This document shows, piece after piece, positions 1 to 9,101 of a stretch of DNA of 64,000 nucleotides. This DNA is from Acidobacteriota bacterium. Lineage in GTDB: Bacteria; Acidobacteriota; UBA6911; RPQK01; JAJDTT01. Positions within the stretch are counted from its first letter, which is position 1. Each line of letters begins with the position of its first letter. The stretch spans positions 3,328,001 through 3,392,000 of the forward strand of contig OZ242374.1 in NCBI GenBank assembly GCA_965209055.1. The letters are read 5' to 3'. The position numbers and the translations under genes are program-made. A model generated the notes under the pieces. That model searched no databases. It was not told the DNA's origin and was given only the letters and a program-made list of their open reading frames with translations.

Positions 1-206
1 GCAGGAGAAAGTTGGCTCAACAGTCTCGAGATGACGTGACCCCAGGCTTCCTGGTCCTGGGCCAAGTGGAGCGCCTTGACCGCTTTCTCACCCGCTTGGT
101 GTGCCGCAAAGCACGCCCAGTCGTGTCGACCGTCCCGTTGCGAGGCAACGGCCTGCTCAAAATCGTGTTCCGACTGTGCGAGCCAGTCTCTCCATCGTTG
201 AGTCAT
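1..206 (-). CDS. HEPN domain protein (partial, runs off the left edge)
   Basis: Not in the ORF track. Manual translation from the ATG at 206 gives MTQRWRDWLAQSEHDFEQAVASQRDGRHDWACFAAHQAGEKAVKALHLAQDQEAWGHVISRLL, matching the HEPN pattern W..QA..D...A...ACF.A.QA.EKA.KA...GH. Confidence 0.85.
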   Translation of the reverse strand, partial: MTQRWRDWLAQSEHDFEQAVASQRDGRHDWACFAAHQAGEKAVKALHLAQDQEAWGHVISRLLSQLSP

Positions 207-342
207 GCTCGGCTCCGGTGAGGACTCTCCGGCCAAAGCCGCGGAATCCTCCATCGGCTGGCCTGATTTCCACATTGTAACGCGGGACTTCCTGCTATGC
301 GATTTGGTGCGCGGCAAGTGTACAGTGGGGACTCCGTCCCCC

Positions 343-1506
343 CTAACCCCCCCTTTTCGGCGACAAGAAAGTCGCCGCTCGGAGATCCTGGGTGCGGCCG
401 GTTTCGGCGGACCGGTAGCCGGCGAAGATCACCCGCATCAGGTGAAGGCACTCGTCGGCGGTCATGGGGGGCGGTGACAGGCCCCGCGTGAAATCCACGG
501 CGGCCTGGATCAGGGTGCCGTACAGATCGGGATCGTCCTGGTAGTAGAAGAGCTGGACTCCCCGGGGAGCGTCCGGGTGGGTCGAGTACCACTTCAGAGG
601 CTCCCCCGAGGGCAGGTCCAGGTGCATCCAGCCCTTGGAGCCCCAGAGCCGGATCTGGTTCTGGTAGAAGCGGTCCAGGTAGTAGCCGGCGTTGAGCGTG
701 CCCACCAACCCGCCGCGCATGCGAAACGTCACGACGGCGGCGTCCTCCACGTCGATGGGCTGTCCGCCCACGTTTTCGCAGAGGGCCGAGATCCGGTCGA
801 TTCTGTCGCCGGTGAGATATTGCAGAACGTCCAGGTAGTGGATGCCGTGGTAGATGAGCTTCCCGCCTCCGGCCTTGGCCTTGGAGGCCACCCACAGGCC
901 GTGGTACTCGGGGCGGGTCAGCCGGGTCTGGTCGGCGATCCAGTCCATGGTGGCGGAGTAGGGTTTTCCCAGGTAGCCCTTTCCGATGAGCTCCCGGGCT
1001 TTCTTGATCGCCTCGCTCACCCGGGTCGACATGGCCAGCATCAACTCCCGTTTCCGGGACTGGGCCACCGGAACAAGCGGCTCGAAGTCCTCCAGTCGCG
1101 CGCAACCCGGTTTCTCGGTGATGACGTGGCTGCCGGCCTGCAGCGCCATTCGGATGGCGGGAGGGGAATGATGGCCCTCCAGGGTCACGACCACCAGCTC
1201 GGGCCGAGCCTCCTGAAGCATCTCCCGATGGCTCCGGTAGAGCCCTGCCAGACGATCGCCCAGGATCGCCCTGGCCTGGTCGAACTTCTTCCCGGTGGGG
1301 TCGGAGACTGCGACGCGGCCCACGCCGCGGGCGCTCGCGAATCCCTGAAAATAGCTGCGGAGATGACCGCCGGTCGCCTCGGTCAGCACGCCCGCCGAGA
1401 TGGGCTCTTCCGATCCGGCCCGGACCCGGGTGGCGTTTGCGGGAACGGCGGCCAGCGCCGCCAGTCCGCCCAGAGCTTGTCGTCGGGAAATCTGTTGGTG
1501 TTTCAT
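343..1506 (-). CDS. Gfo/Idh/MocA family oxidoreductase with Tat signal, copy 1
   Basis: Twin-arginine leader SRRQALGGLAA, EKPG motif, GGGKLIYHGIHYLD motif, C-terminal AGYRSAETG. Confidence 0.9.
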   Translation of the reverse strand: MKHQQISRRQALGGLAALAAVPANATRVRAGSEEPISAGVLTEATGGHLRSYFQGFASARGVGRVAVSDPTGKKFDQARAILGDRLAGLYRSHREMLQEARPELVVVTLEGHHSPPAIRMALQAGSHVITEKPGCARLEDFEPLVPVAQSRKRELMLAMSTRVSEAIKKARELIGKGYLGKPYSATMDWIADQTRLTRPEYHGLWVASKAKAGGGKLIYHGIHYLDVLQYLTGDRIDRISALCENVGGQPIDVEDAAVVTFRMRGGLVGTLNAGYYLDRFYQNQIRLWGSKGWMHLDLPSGEPLKWYSTHPDAPRGVQLFYYQDDPDLYGTLIQAAVDFTRGLSPPPMTADECLHLMRVIFAGYRSAETGRTQDLRAATFLSPKRGG

Positions 1507-1518
1507 GCTGCCTTCCGG

Positions 1519-2655
1519 TCAGCCCAGATCCTGGGTTCGGCCGGTTTCGGCGGACCGGTAGCCCGCGAAGATCACTCGCATCAGATGCAGGCTCTCTTCG
1601 GCGGTCATGGGGGGCGGGGCTTGGCCGCGCGCGAAGTCCACGGCGGCGTGGACCAGGCTTCCGTACCGGTGGTTGGAGTTGTCCTTATAGTGGAAGAGTT
1701 GGACTCCCCGGGGAGCATCCGGGTGGGTCGAGTACCACTTCAAGGGCTCGCCCGAGGTCAGTTCCAGGTGCATCCAGCCCTTGGAGCCCCAGAAACGGAT
1801 CTGATTCTGCTTGGAGCGGTCCAGGTAGTAGCCGGCATTGAGCGTCCCCACCCAACCGCCGCGCATGCGGAACGTGACGACGGCCGCGTCCTCCACGTCG
1901 ATGGGCTGCCCGCCCACGTTTTCGCAGAAGGCCGAGATCCGGTCGATTCTGTCGCCGGTGAGGTATTGCAGAACGTCCAGGTAGTGGATGCCGTGGTAGA
2001 TGAGCTTCCCGCCCCCCGCCTTGGCCTTGGAAGCCACCCACAAGCCGTGGAATTCGGGGCGGGTCAGCCGGGTCTGGTCCGCGATCCAGTCCATGGTGGC
2101 CGAGTAGGGCTTTCCCAGGTAGCCCTTGCGGATGAGCTCCCGGGCTTTCTGTATGGCGTGACTCATCCTCGTATGCATGGCCAGCATCAGTTCCCTTTTT
2201 TGCGACTGGGCCAACGGCGCCAGCGGCTCGAAGTCTTCCAACCGGGCGCAGCCCGGCTTCTCGGTGATGACGTGGCTGCCGGCCTCCAGCGCCATTCGGA
2301 TGGCGGGAGGGGAGCGATGGCCTGCCAAGATCACGACCACCAGCTTGGGACGGGCCTTCCGGAGCATCTCCTGATGGCTGCGGTAGAGTCCTTTCAGACG
2401 CTCCCCAAGGAGGTCCTTGGCCTGGTCGAACCTCTTCCCGGTGGGGTCGGAGACTGCCACGCGAGCCACGCCCGGGGCGCTCGCCAACCCTTGGAGTAAT
2501 TGGCGGATATGGCCGCCGCCGGTCCCCTCGGTCAGCACGCCCGCCGAAATGGGCTCTTCCGATCCGGCCCGGATCCGGCTGGTGTTTATGGGAACAGTGG
2601 CCAGCGCCGCCAGTCCGCCGAGAGCTCGCCGCCGGGAGACCTGATGGCGTTTCAT
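1519..2655 (-). CDS. Gfo/Idh/MocA family oxidoreductase with Tat signal, copy 2 (tandem paralogue)
   Basis: Same motifs. Long stretches are identical to 343-1506 at protein and DNA level. Confidence 0.9.
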   Translation of the reverse strand: MKRHQVSRRRALGGLAALATVPINTSRIRAGSEEPISAGVLTEGTGGGHIRQLLQGLASAPGVARVAVSDPTGKRFDQAKDLLGERLKGLYRSHQEMLRKARPKLVVVILAGHRSPPAIRMALEAGSHVITEKPGCARLEDFEPLAPLAQSQKRELMLAMHTRMSHAIQKARELIRKGYLGKPYSATMDWIADQTRLTRPEFHGLWVASKAKAGGGKLIYHGIHYLDVLQYLTGDRIDRISAFCENVGGQPIDVEDAAVVTFRMRGGWVGTLNAGYYLDRSKQNQIRFWGSKGWMHLELTSGEPLKWYSTHPDAPRGVQLFHYKDNSNHRYGSLVHAAVDFARGQAPPPMTAEESLHLMRVIFAGYRSAETGRTQDLG

Positions 2656-2796
2656 GGCGCCAGGATATCTCCGGAGTCACAGCCGGGCAATCGAACTCCT
2701 GGCGGCGTTGCTCCGGTTCGCCCGCAAACCGACTTGACCGCGGGACAGGATCATCGGATGTTCGATGCGGACCCGAAACGGATGGGAAGGAGAAAG

Positions 2797-4446
2797 ATGA
2801 AGACCAATGCCTCAGAGACCGCCCGTATGGATGGACGGCCGAACCACTATCGGATCGGCTGGCTCCTGTCCGGCGTGCTCTGTTTGCCTAGTCTGTCAGG
2901 ACTGGAGGCTTCCAACTCGGCGTTCCTGGAAATCGGGAATCGGAAACAGCTTTTTCTGGACCGCCAGGTGGTAGAGAGCCTGACCCACGCCAAACGGGTG
3001 CTCAATCCGGCGGCCAAGCACCCGGCCAACCCCTTGGTCAAGCCGGACCGGCCCTGGGAAGGCCACTATCTCGGGCTGGGCAGGATTCTCTATGACGAGG
3101 ACCGAAAAGTTTTCAAAATGTGGTACGGGAGCACGGACCGCTTCACTGCCAAGAAAGGGGGAGATCGGCTCCGCCCCTACCGTTGGGACTGGTCGGTGGA
3201 GGATGGCCGGGCCGTCCGGCGAAAGGTGGAGGAAATCTACGGCTACAGCGAATATGCCGGGCGCAACGATTGGATCCGGCTCTACGCCGAATCCACGGAC
3301 GGCATCCACTGGAAGAAGCCAAATCTGGGGCTGGTGGAATTCCAGGGTTCCCGCGACAACAACATTTTGCCCGCCGGCGAGTACGTCCCCAGCCATTACG
3401 ATCCCTACGAGCCGGACCCGGACAAGCGCTACAAGAAGGTGGTCCGGCGCGAGTCCAGCATCGATCCGAAGAACGACCCGGGTCTCTACGCCTGGGATGG
3501 CGTCCAGGTCGACTTCTTCCATTCCCCCGATGGAATCAACTGGACGCCGTACCCCGACAACCCCCGAACCGTAGGGGAGGGAGACCCCTGGTGGGTGCGG
3601 CGCTGGGGCGGTTTCGTCGGCAACTGGGACCCCATCGGGAAGCACTACGTCCAGTACCAGGAAAACTGCCTGCATCGGTACTGTCCCCTGGGGATCCGGG
3701 TCATCGGCCGCGCCCGGAGCCCGGACATGATCCATTGGACCGAGATGGAGACGATCATGGTCCCGGACCGGGACGATGATCCCGACACCGAGTTCTATGG
3801 CATGCCGGTCTTCTACTACGAGGGATTCCGGATCGGGCTGGTCTGGATCTTTCGGACCACCAACACCCTGCACTATCCCCAACTCGCCGTGAGCCGGGAC
3901 GGAGTCCGATACGAGCGCGAGTTCCGGGAGCCCCTGGTGAGGGTGGGGGACTATGGCGATTTCGACGAGAGCACCGTCTACGTTCGAGTCCCCATGGTCC
4001 ACGACGGACAGATCCGGATCTACTACTACGGCGGCAACTGGAGAGGCCCGGAGGCCCTTCATGCAAAGGGAGACCGGGCCATCTTCGCCATCGGCCTGGC
4101 GACGCTCCCCGAAGACGGATTCGTCTCGGTGGACTCGGGAAAGATCCAAGCCGGCGAGCTGGTGACCCGGCCCCTCCGCTTCCAGGGCCGGGAGTTGGTG
4201 GTGAACATGGACGCCGCCAAGCACAACCATGGTTCGGGCCGGCCCCAGGTCCGGGTCGAGCTTCTGGGAGTTTCCCACGAACCCATTGAGGGGTTTCTGC
4301 TCCGCGAGTCCGATCCCGTCGCCGCCAGCGGCCGGCACGTCATGAGCTGGCAGGGAAGAAACGACGTGAGCCGTCTTGCCGGCCGGACGGTCCGGCTCCG
4401 TTTTTCCATGAAGAACGCCAAGCTCTACTCCTTCCAATTCCGGTAG
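2797..4446 (+). CDS. Secreted five-bladed beta-propeller glycoside-hydrolase-like protein
   Basis: ATG 2797 follows AGGAG. Signal-like hydrophobic segment, repeated Asp-box-like motifs (STDGIHW, SPDGINW, SPDMIHW, SRDGVRY), KHPANPL and DGFVS motifs. Confidence 0.65.
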   Translation: MKTNASETARMDGRPNHYRIGWLLSGVLCLPSLSGLEASNSAFLEIGNRKQLFLDRQVVESLTHAKRVLNPAAKHPANPLVKPDRPWEGHYLGLGRILYDEDRKVFKMWYGSTDRFTAKKGGDRLRPYRWDWSVEDGRAVRRKVEEIYGYSEYAGRNDWIRLYAESTDGIHWKKPNLGLVEFQGSRDNNILPAGEYVPSHYDPYEPDPDKRYKKVVRRESSIDPKNDPGLYAWDGVQVDFFHSPDGINWTPYPDNPRTVGEGDPWWVRRWGGFVGNWDPIGKHYVQYQENCLHRYCPLGIRVIGRARSPDMIHWTEMETIMVPDRDDDPDTEFYGMPVFYYEGFRIGLVWIFRTTNTLHYPQLAVSRDGVRYEREFREPLVRVGDYGDFDESTVYVRVPMVHDGQIRIYYYGGNWRGPEALHAKGDRAIFAIGLATLPEDGFVSVDSGKIQAGELVTRPLRFQGRELVVNMDAAKHNHGSGRPQVRVELLGVSHEPIEGFLLRESDPVAASGRHVMSWQGRNDVSRLAGRTVRLRFSMKNAKLYSFQFR

Positions 4447-4495
4447 CCGGGAGAGGTTGTCATGGGAACCCGGCTCAAAAGCGGGTAAGCTGGAC

Positions 4496-4981
4496 ATGAT
4501 GACGTCGTTCAAGCGCGATGAGGCTCTGCGCCTGCTGGAGGAAGGGAATCAACGGCATCAGCACGGGGACATCGAAGGCGCCAAGGAGAAGTACAAGGAG
4601 TCCATCGACGTGCATCCCACCGCCGACGCCCACACCTTCCTGGGTTGGATGTACGGGATCCAGGGGCGTCTCCGGCTGGCCATCCGGCATTGCAGGATCG
4701 CCATCGACCTGGATCCCGATTTCGGCAACCCCTACAACGACATCGGGGTCTACCTGATGCAGCAGAACCGTCTCGACGAGGCGGAGCCGTGGCTGCGCCG
4801 GGCCATGCAGGCCGAGCGCTACGAGCCGCGCCAGTTCCCGCATCTCAACATGGGGCGGATCCACCTGGCCCGGAAGGAATACGGAAAGGCGCTCGACGAG
4901 TTCCGCCGGGCGCTTCGACTCGCGCCGGAAGACCGGACCGCCGCGGCCGCTTTCCGGGATCTGGTGGGGAAGTTGAATTGA
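4496..4981 (+). CDS. Tetratricopeptide repeat protein
   Basis: TPR-like helices (AHTFLGWMY, PYNDIGVYL, PHLNMGRIH). Start chosen at ATG 4496. Confidence 0.8.
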   Translation: MMTSFKRDEALRLLEEGNQRHQHGDIEGAKEKYKESIDVHPTADAHTFLGWMYGIQGRLRLAIRHCRIAIDLDPDFGNPYNDIGVYLMQQNRLDEAEPWLRRAMQAERYEPRQFPHLNMGRIHLARKEYGKALDEFRRALRLAPEDRTAAAAFRDLVGKLN

Positions 4982-5015
4982 GAGCCGGGGCCATAAAGAC
5001 GAGAGGAGAGACCAA

Positions 5016-6275
5016 ATGATCGCAGGGGGATCCGTCTGGTACAGGCAGCTTCACTGGCAAATCGCCATCGCCATGGTCCTGGGAATTCTGGCCGGCCTGG
5101 CCGGAGGCGAGTACCTGGCGGACAAGCTGGGTTGGATCGGGCAACTCTTCATCAAGCTGCTCAAGATGGTGATCGTTCCCCTGGTTCTCACCTCCATCAT
5201 TTCAGGCGTGGCCTCGGTGGGAGGCAGCGGATTGGGCCGCATGTTCGGAAAGACGCTCAGCTACTACGTCTTCACCAGCTTTTTTGCCGTTCTCACCGGA
5301 TTGGTATTGGTCAATCTCATCCAGCCGGGCGTCGGAGCCGACCTTGTGGACGCGGAGACCAAGGAGATGCCCGATGTCACGGTGATTAGTTCACCGGTGG
5401 AGCTGATCCTCGATATCGTTCCAGAGAACATCGTCGCCGCCGGCGCGGAAACCAAGATGCTCTCCATCATCCTGTTCGCGATTCTTCTGGGAATCAGCAT
5501 CGCCAGCCTTCCCCGGCGTCACCGGGAACCCCTGGTGGGTTTCATCGGAGCGGCCTTTCAGGCGATGATGCACCTCACCTCCGGCATCATCCGCTGGGTG
5601 GCCCCCATCGGCGTCTTTTCCCTGATCCTCACCCTGGTGGGAACCACCGGCCTGGGCTCCTTCAAGGCGTTGGGACTCTACGCGCTGGTCCTGCTCATCG
5701 GGCTCTCTTTCCACCTGTTTTTCACGCTCCCGCTGATCTTGCGGTTGGTGGGCGGCATCAATCCCATCATCCATTTCAAGAACATGGTCGAACCCATGGT
5801 CATGGCCTTTTCCACCAGTTCGTCGGGCGCGACGCTGCCCGTGACCATCCGGTCGGTGCAAAAGAAAGTCGGCGTCTCCAACCGCGTCACTTCGTTCGTG
5901 CTGCCCATGGGCGCCACCGTCAACATGGACGGAACGGCCCTCTACGAGTGCGCCGGGGTCTTGTTCATCGCCCAGGTGATGGGCGTCACCATGGGTTTCG
6001 AACAGCAGCTCCTGATCGTGGTGACGGCGTTGCTGGCCTCCATCGGCGCCGCGGCCGTCCCCTCAGCCGGCCTGGTGGTGATCTTCATCGTCCTGGAGGC
6101 CGTGAATCTGACGGGTCCTCAGGTGGCCTTGATCGTGGGAGCCATGCTGGCCATCGATCGCCCGCTGGACATGTACCGCACGGTGGTGAACGTCTTCAGC
6201 GACTCGTGCGGCGCCGCCATCATCGCGCGCTCCGAGGGCGAAACGGAGGTGGATACGGTGGTGGTGCAGGGTTGA
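5016..6275 (+). CDS. Dicarboxylate/amino acid:cation symporter (DAACS/GltP family)
   Basis: AFSTSSSGATLP, GATVNMDGTAL and DMYRTVVNV signature motifs, multiple TM helices. Confidence 0.95.
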   Translation: MIAGGSVWYRQLHWQIAIAMVLGILAGLAGGEYLADKLGWIGQLFIKLLKMVIVPLVLTSIISGVASVGGSGLGRMFGKTLSYYVFTSFFAVLTGLVLVNLIQPGVGADLVDAETKEMPDVTVISSPVELILDIVPENIVAAGAETKMLSIILFAILLGISIASLPRRHREPLVGFIGAAFQAMMHLTSGIIRWVAPIGVFSLILTLVGTTGLGSFKALGLYALVLLIGLSFHLFFTLPLILRLVGGINPIIHFKNMVEPMVMAFSTSSSGATLPVTIRSVQKKVGVSNRVTSFVLPMGATVNMDGTALYECAGVLFIAQVMGVTMGFEQQLLIVVTALLASIGAAAVPSAGLVVIFIVLEAVNLTGPQVALIVGAMLAIDRPLDMYRTVVNVFSDSCGAAIIARSEGETEVDTVVVQG

Positions 6276-6364
6276 TGAACGGGAAGTTGATCGCGGAAGT
6301 TCGCCACGATGTATAGTGTCGTTCCAGAAAGTCGTTCTTCCGTCCCCACGTCGAGACGAAGCGG

Positions 6365-9076
6365 GTGATGATCAGGTTTCTGTCCGCTGCCCGGACCAGG
6401 ATTTCTCCCCCCATCCTTGGCATTTTTCTGTTGGTGCCTCTCGGCTGGGCCGTGGCGCGCTCGCCGGAGCAGGCTTTGCCACCGCAGGGCGACCGATTTC
6501 AGGTTCAACTGTTCGAGGATCTGCCCGCCCATTGGCGCCAGGAGTGGTCGTTCCAGGGACTTGAGCCCTCATTGAGTTGGACGACGCCCGTGTTGGGGAT
6601 CAGTGGGCTCCCCGGGCGGATCTCGCCCGCGGGAATGACCATGCCGCGGAACCGGCCCTTCGCCTTGACGATCCAGGGCGATGTGAACTTGCCCGGAGGC
6701 GGCTACGAGTTTCGCCTCCGGAGCCGCATGCACGCCCGTTTCTTCGTGGACGGCCGTTTGCTCCTGGAATCCGCGCCTCCCAAGCCCAAGGAACTGACGC
6801 CGGCGGAGATAGCCGCCAAGGAGGCGGCCGAGAAGAAGGCCCGGGACGAAGCGGCTCAGCAGGAGGCCGAGGCTCAGGCGCGGCAGGATCTCCTGCGGCA
6901 ACGATTGGAAGATGCGCTGCTGGAGCAGAACGAAGAGACTCAAAAGGCGGTCGCGGCGGAACTGGAGAAGGCGAACCGGAGACAGAAGGGCGAGTTCTCC
7001 GATACCCGGCCACCCGCAGGGATCCAGGAACTGGGGAAGAAGGTCCCACTCGAATCCGGTCGATATCGCCTGAGGATCGAACTGACGGGCGGGAAGTTGG
7101 ACCGGGAGGTCTCCATCGTTTACCGAAAGGGCGAGGACGGGCTGCGGTTGCTGAGCCGGGGCGATCCCATTCCCTTCAGCGAGAGAGCGTGGGTCGAGTG
7201 GAACGAAGCCGAATCCCGGCGTCACCGAGAGGTCGAGGAGGCGGTTCGCGGGCCGCGGCTGGCGAAGTGGGAACAGTATTGGGTGCAGAAGCATCTGGGC
7301 CAGGCTCGCGCCGCCGCAGCCAGAACGCCGGTGGAGGTCGAACGGGCCGCCGGCATGCCCGAGTTCAACCTCATCGACCGCTTTCTGGGCGCCAGAATGG
7401 CCTCCCACGGGGTGGAACCCGCTCCCCTCACCAACGACTACGAGTTCGTTCGCCGGATCCATGTGGATGCCTGGGGGCTGATCCCCACCTGGGAGCAGGT
7501 CCGGGAGTTCGTCAGCGATTCGGATCCCGACAAGCGGAACCTGCTGATCGATCGCCTTATGGCCGGCGACGGATGGGCCGATCCCTGGGTCGGTTACTGG
7601 CAGGACCTGCTGGGAGAGAACCCGAAGCTCTACGGCGGAGTGCCGCACTCCACCGGTCCGTTCAAGGAGTGGATCCATCGAAGTTTCGTGGAGGATCGGG
7701 GATACGACCGGTTCGCCACGGAACTCCTGCTCATGGAGGGAACCCGCGAGCAACTGGGGACCCTGGGCTTTCATCAGTCCTTCGGCAGCGACGTGCCCAT
7801 GGCCGAGAAAGCCCATGTGATCTCCCAGGCGTTCATGGGCGCCACCATGAAATGCGCCCGTTGCCACGACTCCCCGCTGAACCGGTACCGGCAGCGGGAC
7901 CTGTTCGGGATTGCCGCCATGCTCGAAGGCGAGCCGGTGGGAATTCCCGAGACCAGCAGCGTGGGTGAAGTCCCGGGGCGCCGCAAGCCGGCGGTTCCGG
8001 TGACCAGCAAGCCGGGAGATCTGATCCCTCCATCGTTCGTATTCGACCATGACCGAAACCTTGAAGAGGTCGGGGCGGGCGTACGCGCCCACCGGAGAGC
8101 GCTGGCGGATTGGCTGGTTTCCCAGCGCCGTTTCGCCCAGGTCGGTGTCAACCGCATCTGGCAGAGGTTCATGGGGCGGGGACTGGCGCACTCCATCGAC
8201 GATTGGGACTCGCCGTCTGCAGTCTCCCATCCTGGATTGCTCGATTACCTGACAGACGAGTTCATCGGAAGCGGCTACAGCGTCCGGCATGTCCAGGAGC
8301 TGATTCTCAAGTCTCACGCCTATCAGCGGCGAAGGGACCAGACACTCGCCGAATTGCGGGACGTCGCCGGCAGACCCTTTTTCGCGGCGCCCGGGGCCCG
8401 CCGAATGCGCGCCGAGGAGATCGTCGATTCGCTTCACGTGACGGTGCGGAGGCCGTTCAAGAGCGAGCGCATCGCCTACCAGAAGCTGGACTACGGAGTT
8501 CCTCAACGCACTTGGCAGATCGTCTCACTCTCCAATGAGGAGGACGTGGCCGTTCTGGCCAAGCCGCTGCTGCAGGAGATCATCACGCTGGCGAGGGCGT
8601 TTGGGTGGCGGGACCAGCGCCCGAATCCGGTGAGCGTGCGAAACGACGACCCCCACGCCCTGCAGCCCCTGGCCATGGCAAACGGCGAGTTGATGCACCG
8701 CCTGGTCAAATTCACCGACCGTTCCTATTTCACGGAGCTCTCAAAACGAGCCGCCACCCTGGACCAATACGGGGAGCAGTTGTTCCTGAACACTCTTTCC
8801 AGGCTTCCCAGCGATGGGGAGAGGGATTGGCTCCGGAACCAGCTCGAGGCGGTCTGGGACCGGAGGCTCGTCCCCCCGGAGCTTCGGGAGACGCAAAAGG
8901 AAGAGTCCCGGGTCCGGGAGGTCACCATCACGGACGCCATCGCGGCTCACGAATACATCATGCAGGTGCGGCAGGGGGAGCCCGCCACGGCCTCCCTCAC
9001 CCCGTCCTTCCGCCACCAGGCGGAGAAGGTCCTGTGGGCCGTTCTCAACTCTCCGGAGTTCATTTTTCTGCCATGA
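6365..9076 (+). CDS. DUF1549/DUF1553 (PSD1/PSCyt2-like) protein with PA14-like N-terminal domain and CxxCH
   Basis: NLIDRFL...DYEFVRRIHVD, CARCHD, VNRIWQRFMGRGL...SHPGLLDYL and RRMRAEEIVDS motifs, ending NSPEFIF. Confidence 0.85.
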   Translation: MMIRFLSAARTRISPPILGIFLLVPLGWAVARSPEQALPPQGDRFQVQLFEDLPAHWRQEWSFQGLEPSLSWTTPVLGISGLPGRISPAGMTMPRNRPFALTIQGDVNLPGGGYEFRLRSRMHARFFVDGRLLLESAPPKPKELTPAEIAAKEAAEKKARDEAAQQEAEAQARQDLLRQRLEDALLEQNEETQKAVAAELEKANRRQKGEFSDTRPPAGIQELGKKVPLESGRYRLRIELTGGKLDREVSIVYRKGEDGLRLLSRGDPIPFSERAWVEWNEAESRRHREVEEAVRGPRLAKWEQYWVQKHLGQARAAAARTPVEVERAAGMPEFNLIDRFLGARMASHGVEPAPLTNDYEFVRRIHVDAWGLIPTWEQVREFVSDSDPDKRNLLIDRLMAGDGWADPWVGYWQDLLGENPKLYGGVPHSTGPFKEWIHRSFVEDRGYDRFATELLLMEGTREQLGTLGFHQSFGSDVPMAEKAHVISQAFMGATMKCARCHDSPLNRYRQRDLFGIAAMLEGEPVGIPETSSVGEVPGRRKPAVPVTSKPGDLIPPSFVFDHDRNLEEVGAGVRAHRRALADWLVSQRRFAQVGVNRIWQRFMGRGLAHSIDDWDSPSAVSHPGLLDYLTDEFIGSGYSVRHVQELILKSHAYQRRRDQTLAELRDVAGRPFFAAPGARRMRAEEIVDSLHVTVRRPFKSERIAYQKLDYGVPQRTWQIVSLSNEEDVAVLAKPLLQEIITLARAFGWRDQRPNPVSVRNDDPHALQPLAMANGELMHRLVKFTDRSYFTELSKRAATLDQYGEQLFLNTLSRLPSDGERDWLRNQLEAVWDRRLVPPELRETQKEESRVREVTITDAIAAHEYIMQVRQGEPATASLTPSFRHQAEKVLWAVLNSPEFIFLP

Positions 9077-9101
9077 AGAGTCCGATCGAAGGAGACGGGT
9101 C

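Noticed and set aside
577-2499. 640-aa plus-strand ORF and many other long antisense ORFs (e.g. 2896-4512, 6569-8506, 10904-12730, 34966-36603, 36741-38711)
   Set aside because: Shadow ORFs opposite well-supported genes, expected at high GC. No recognisable motifs.
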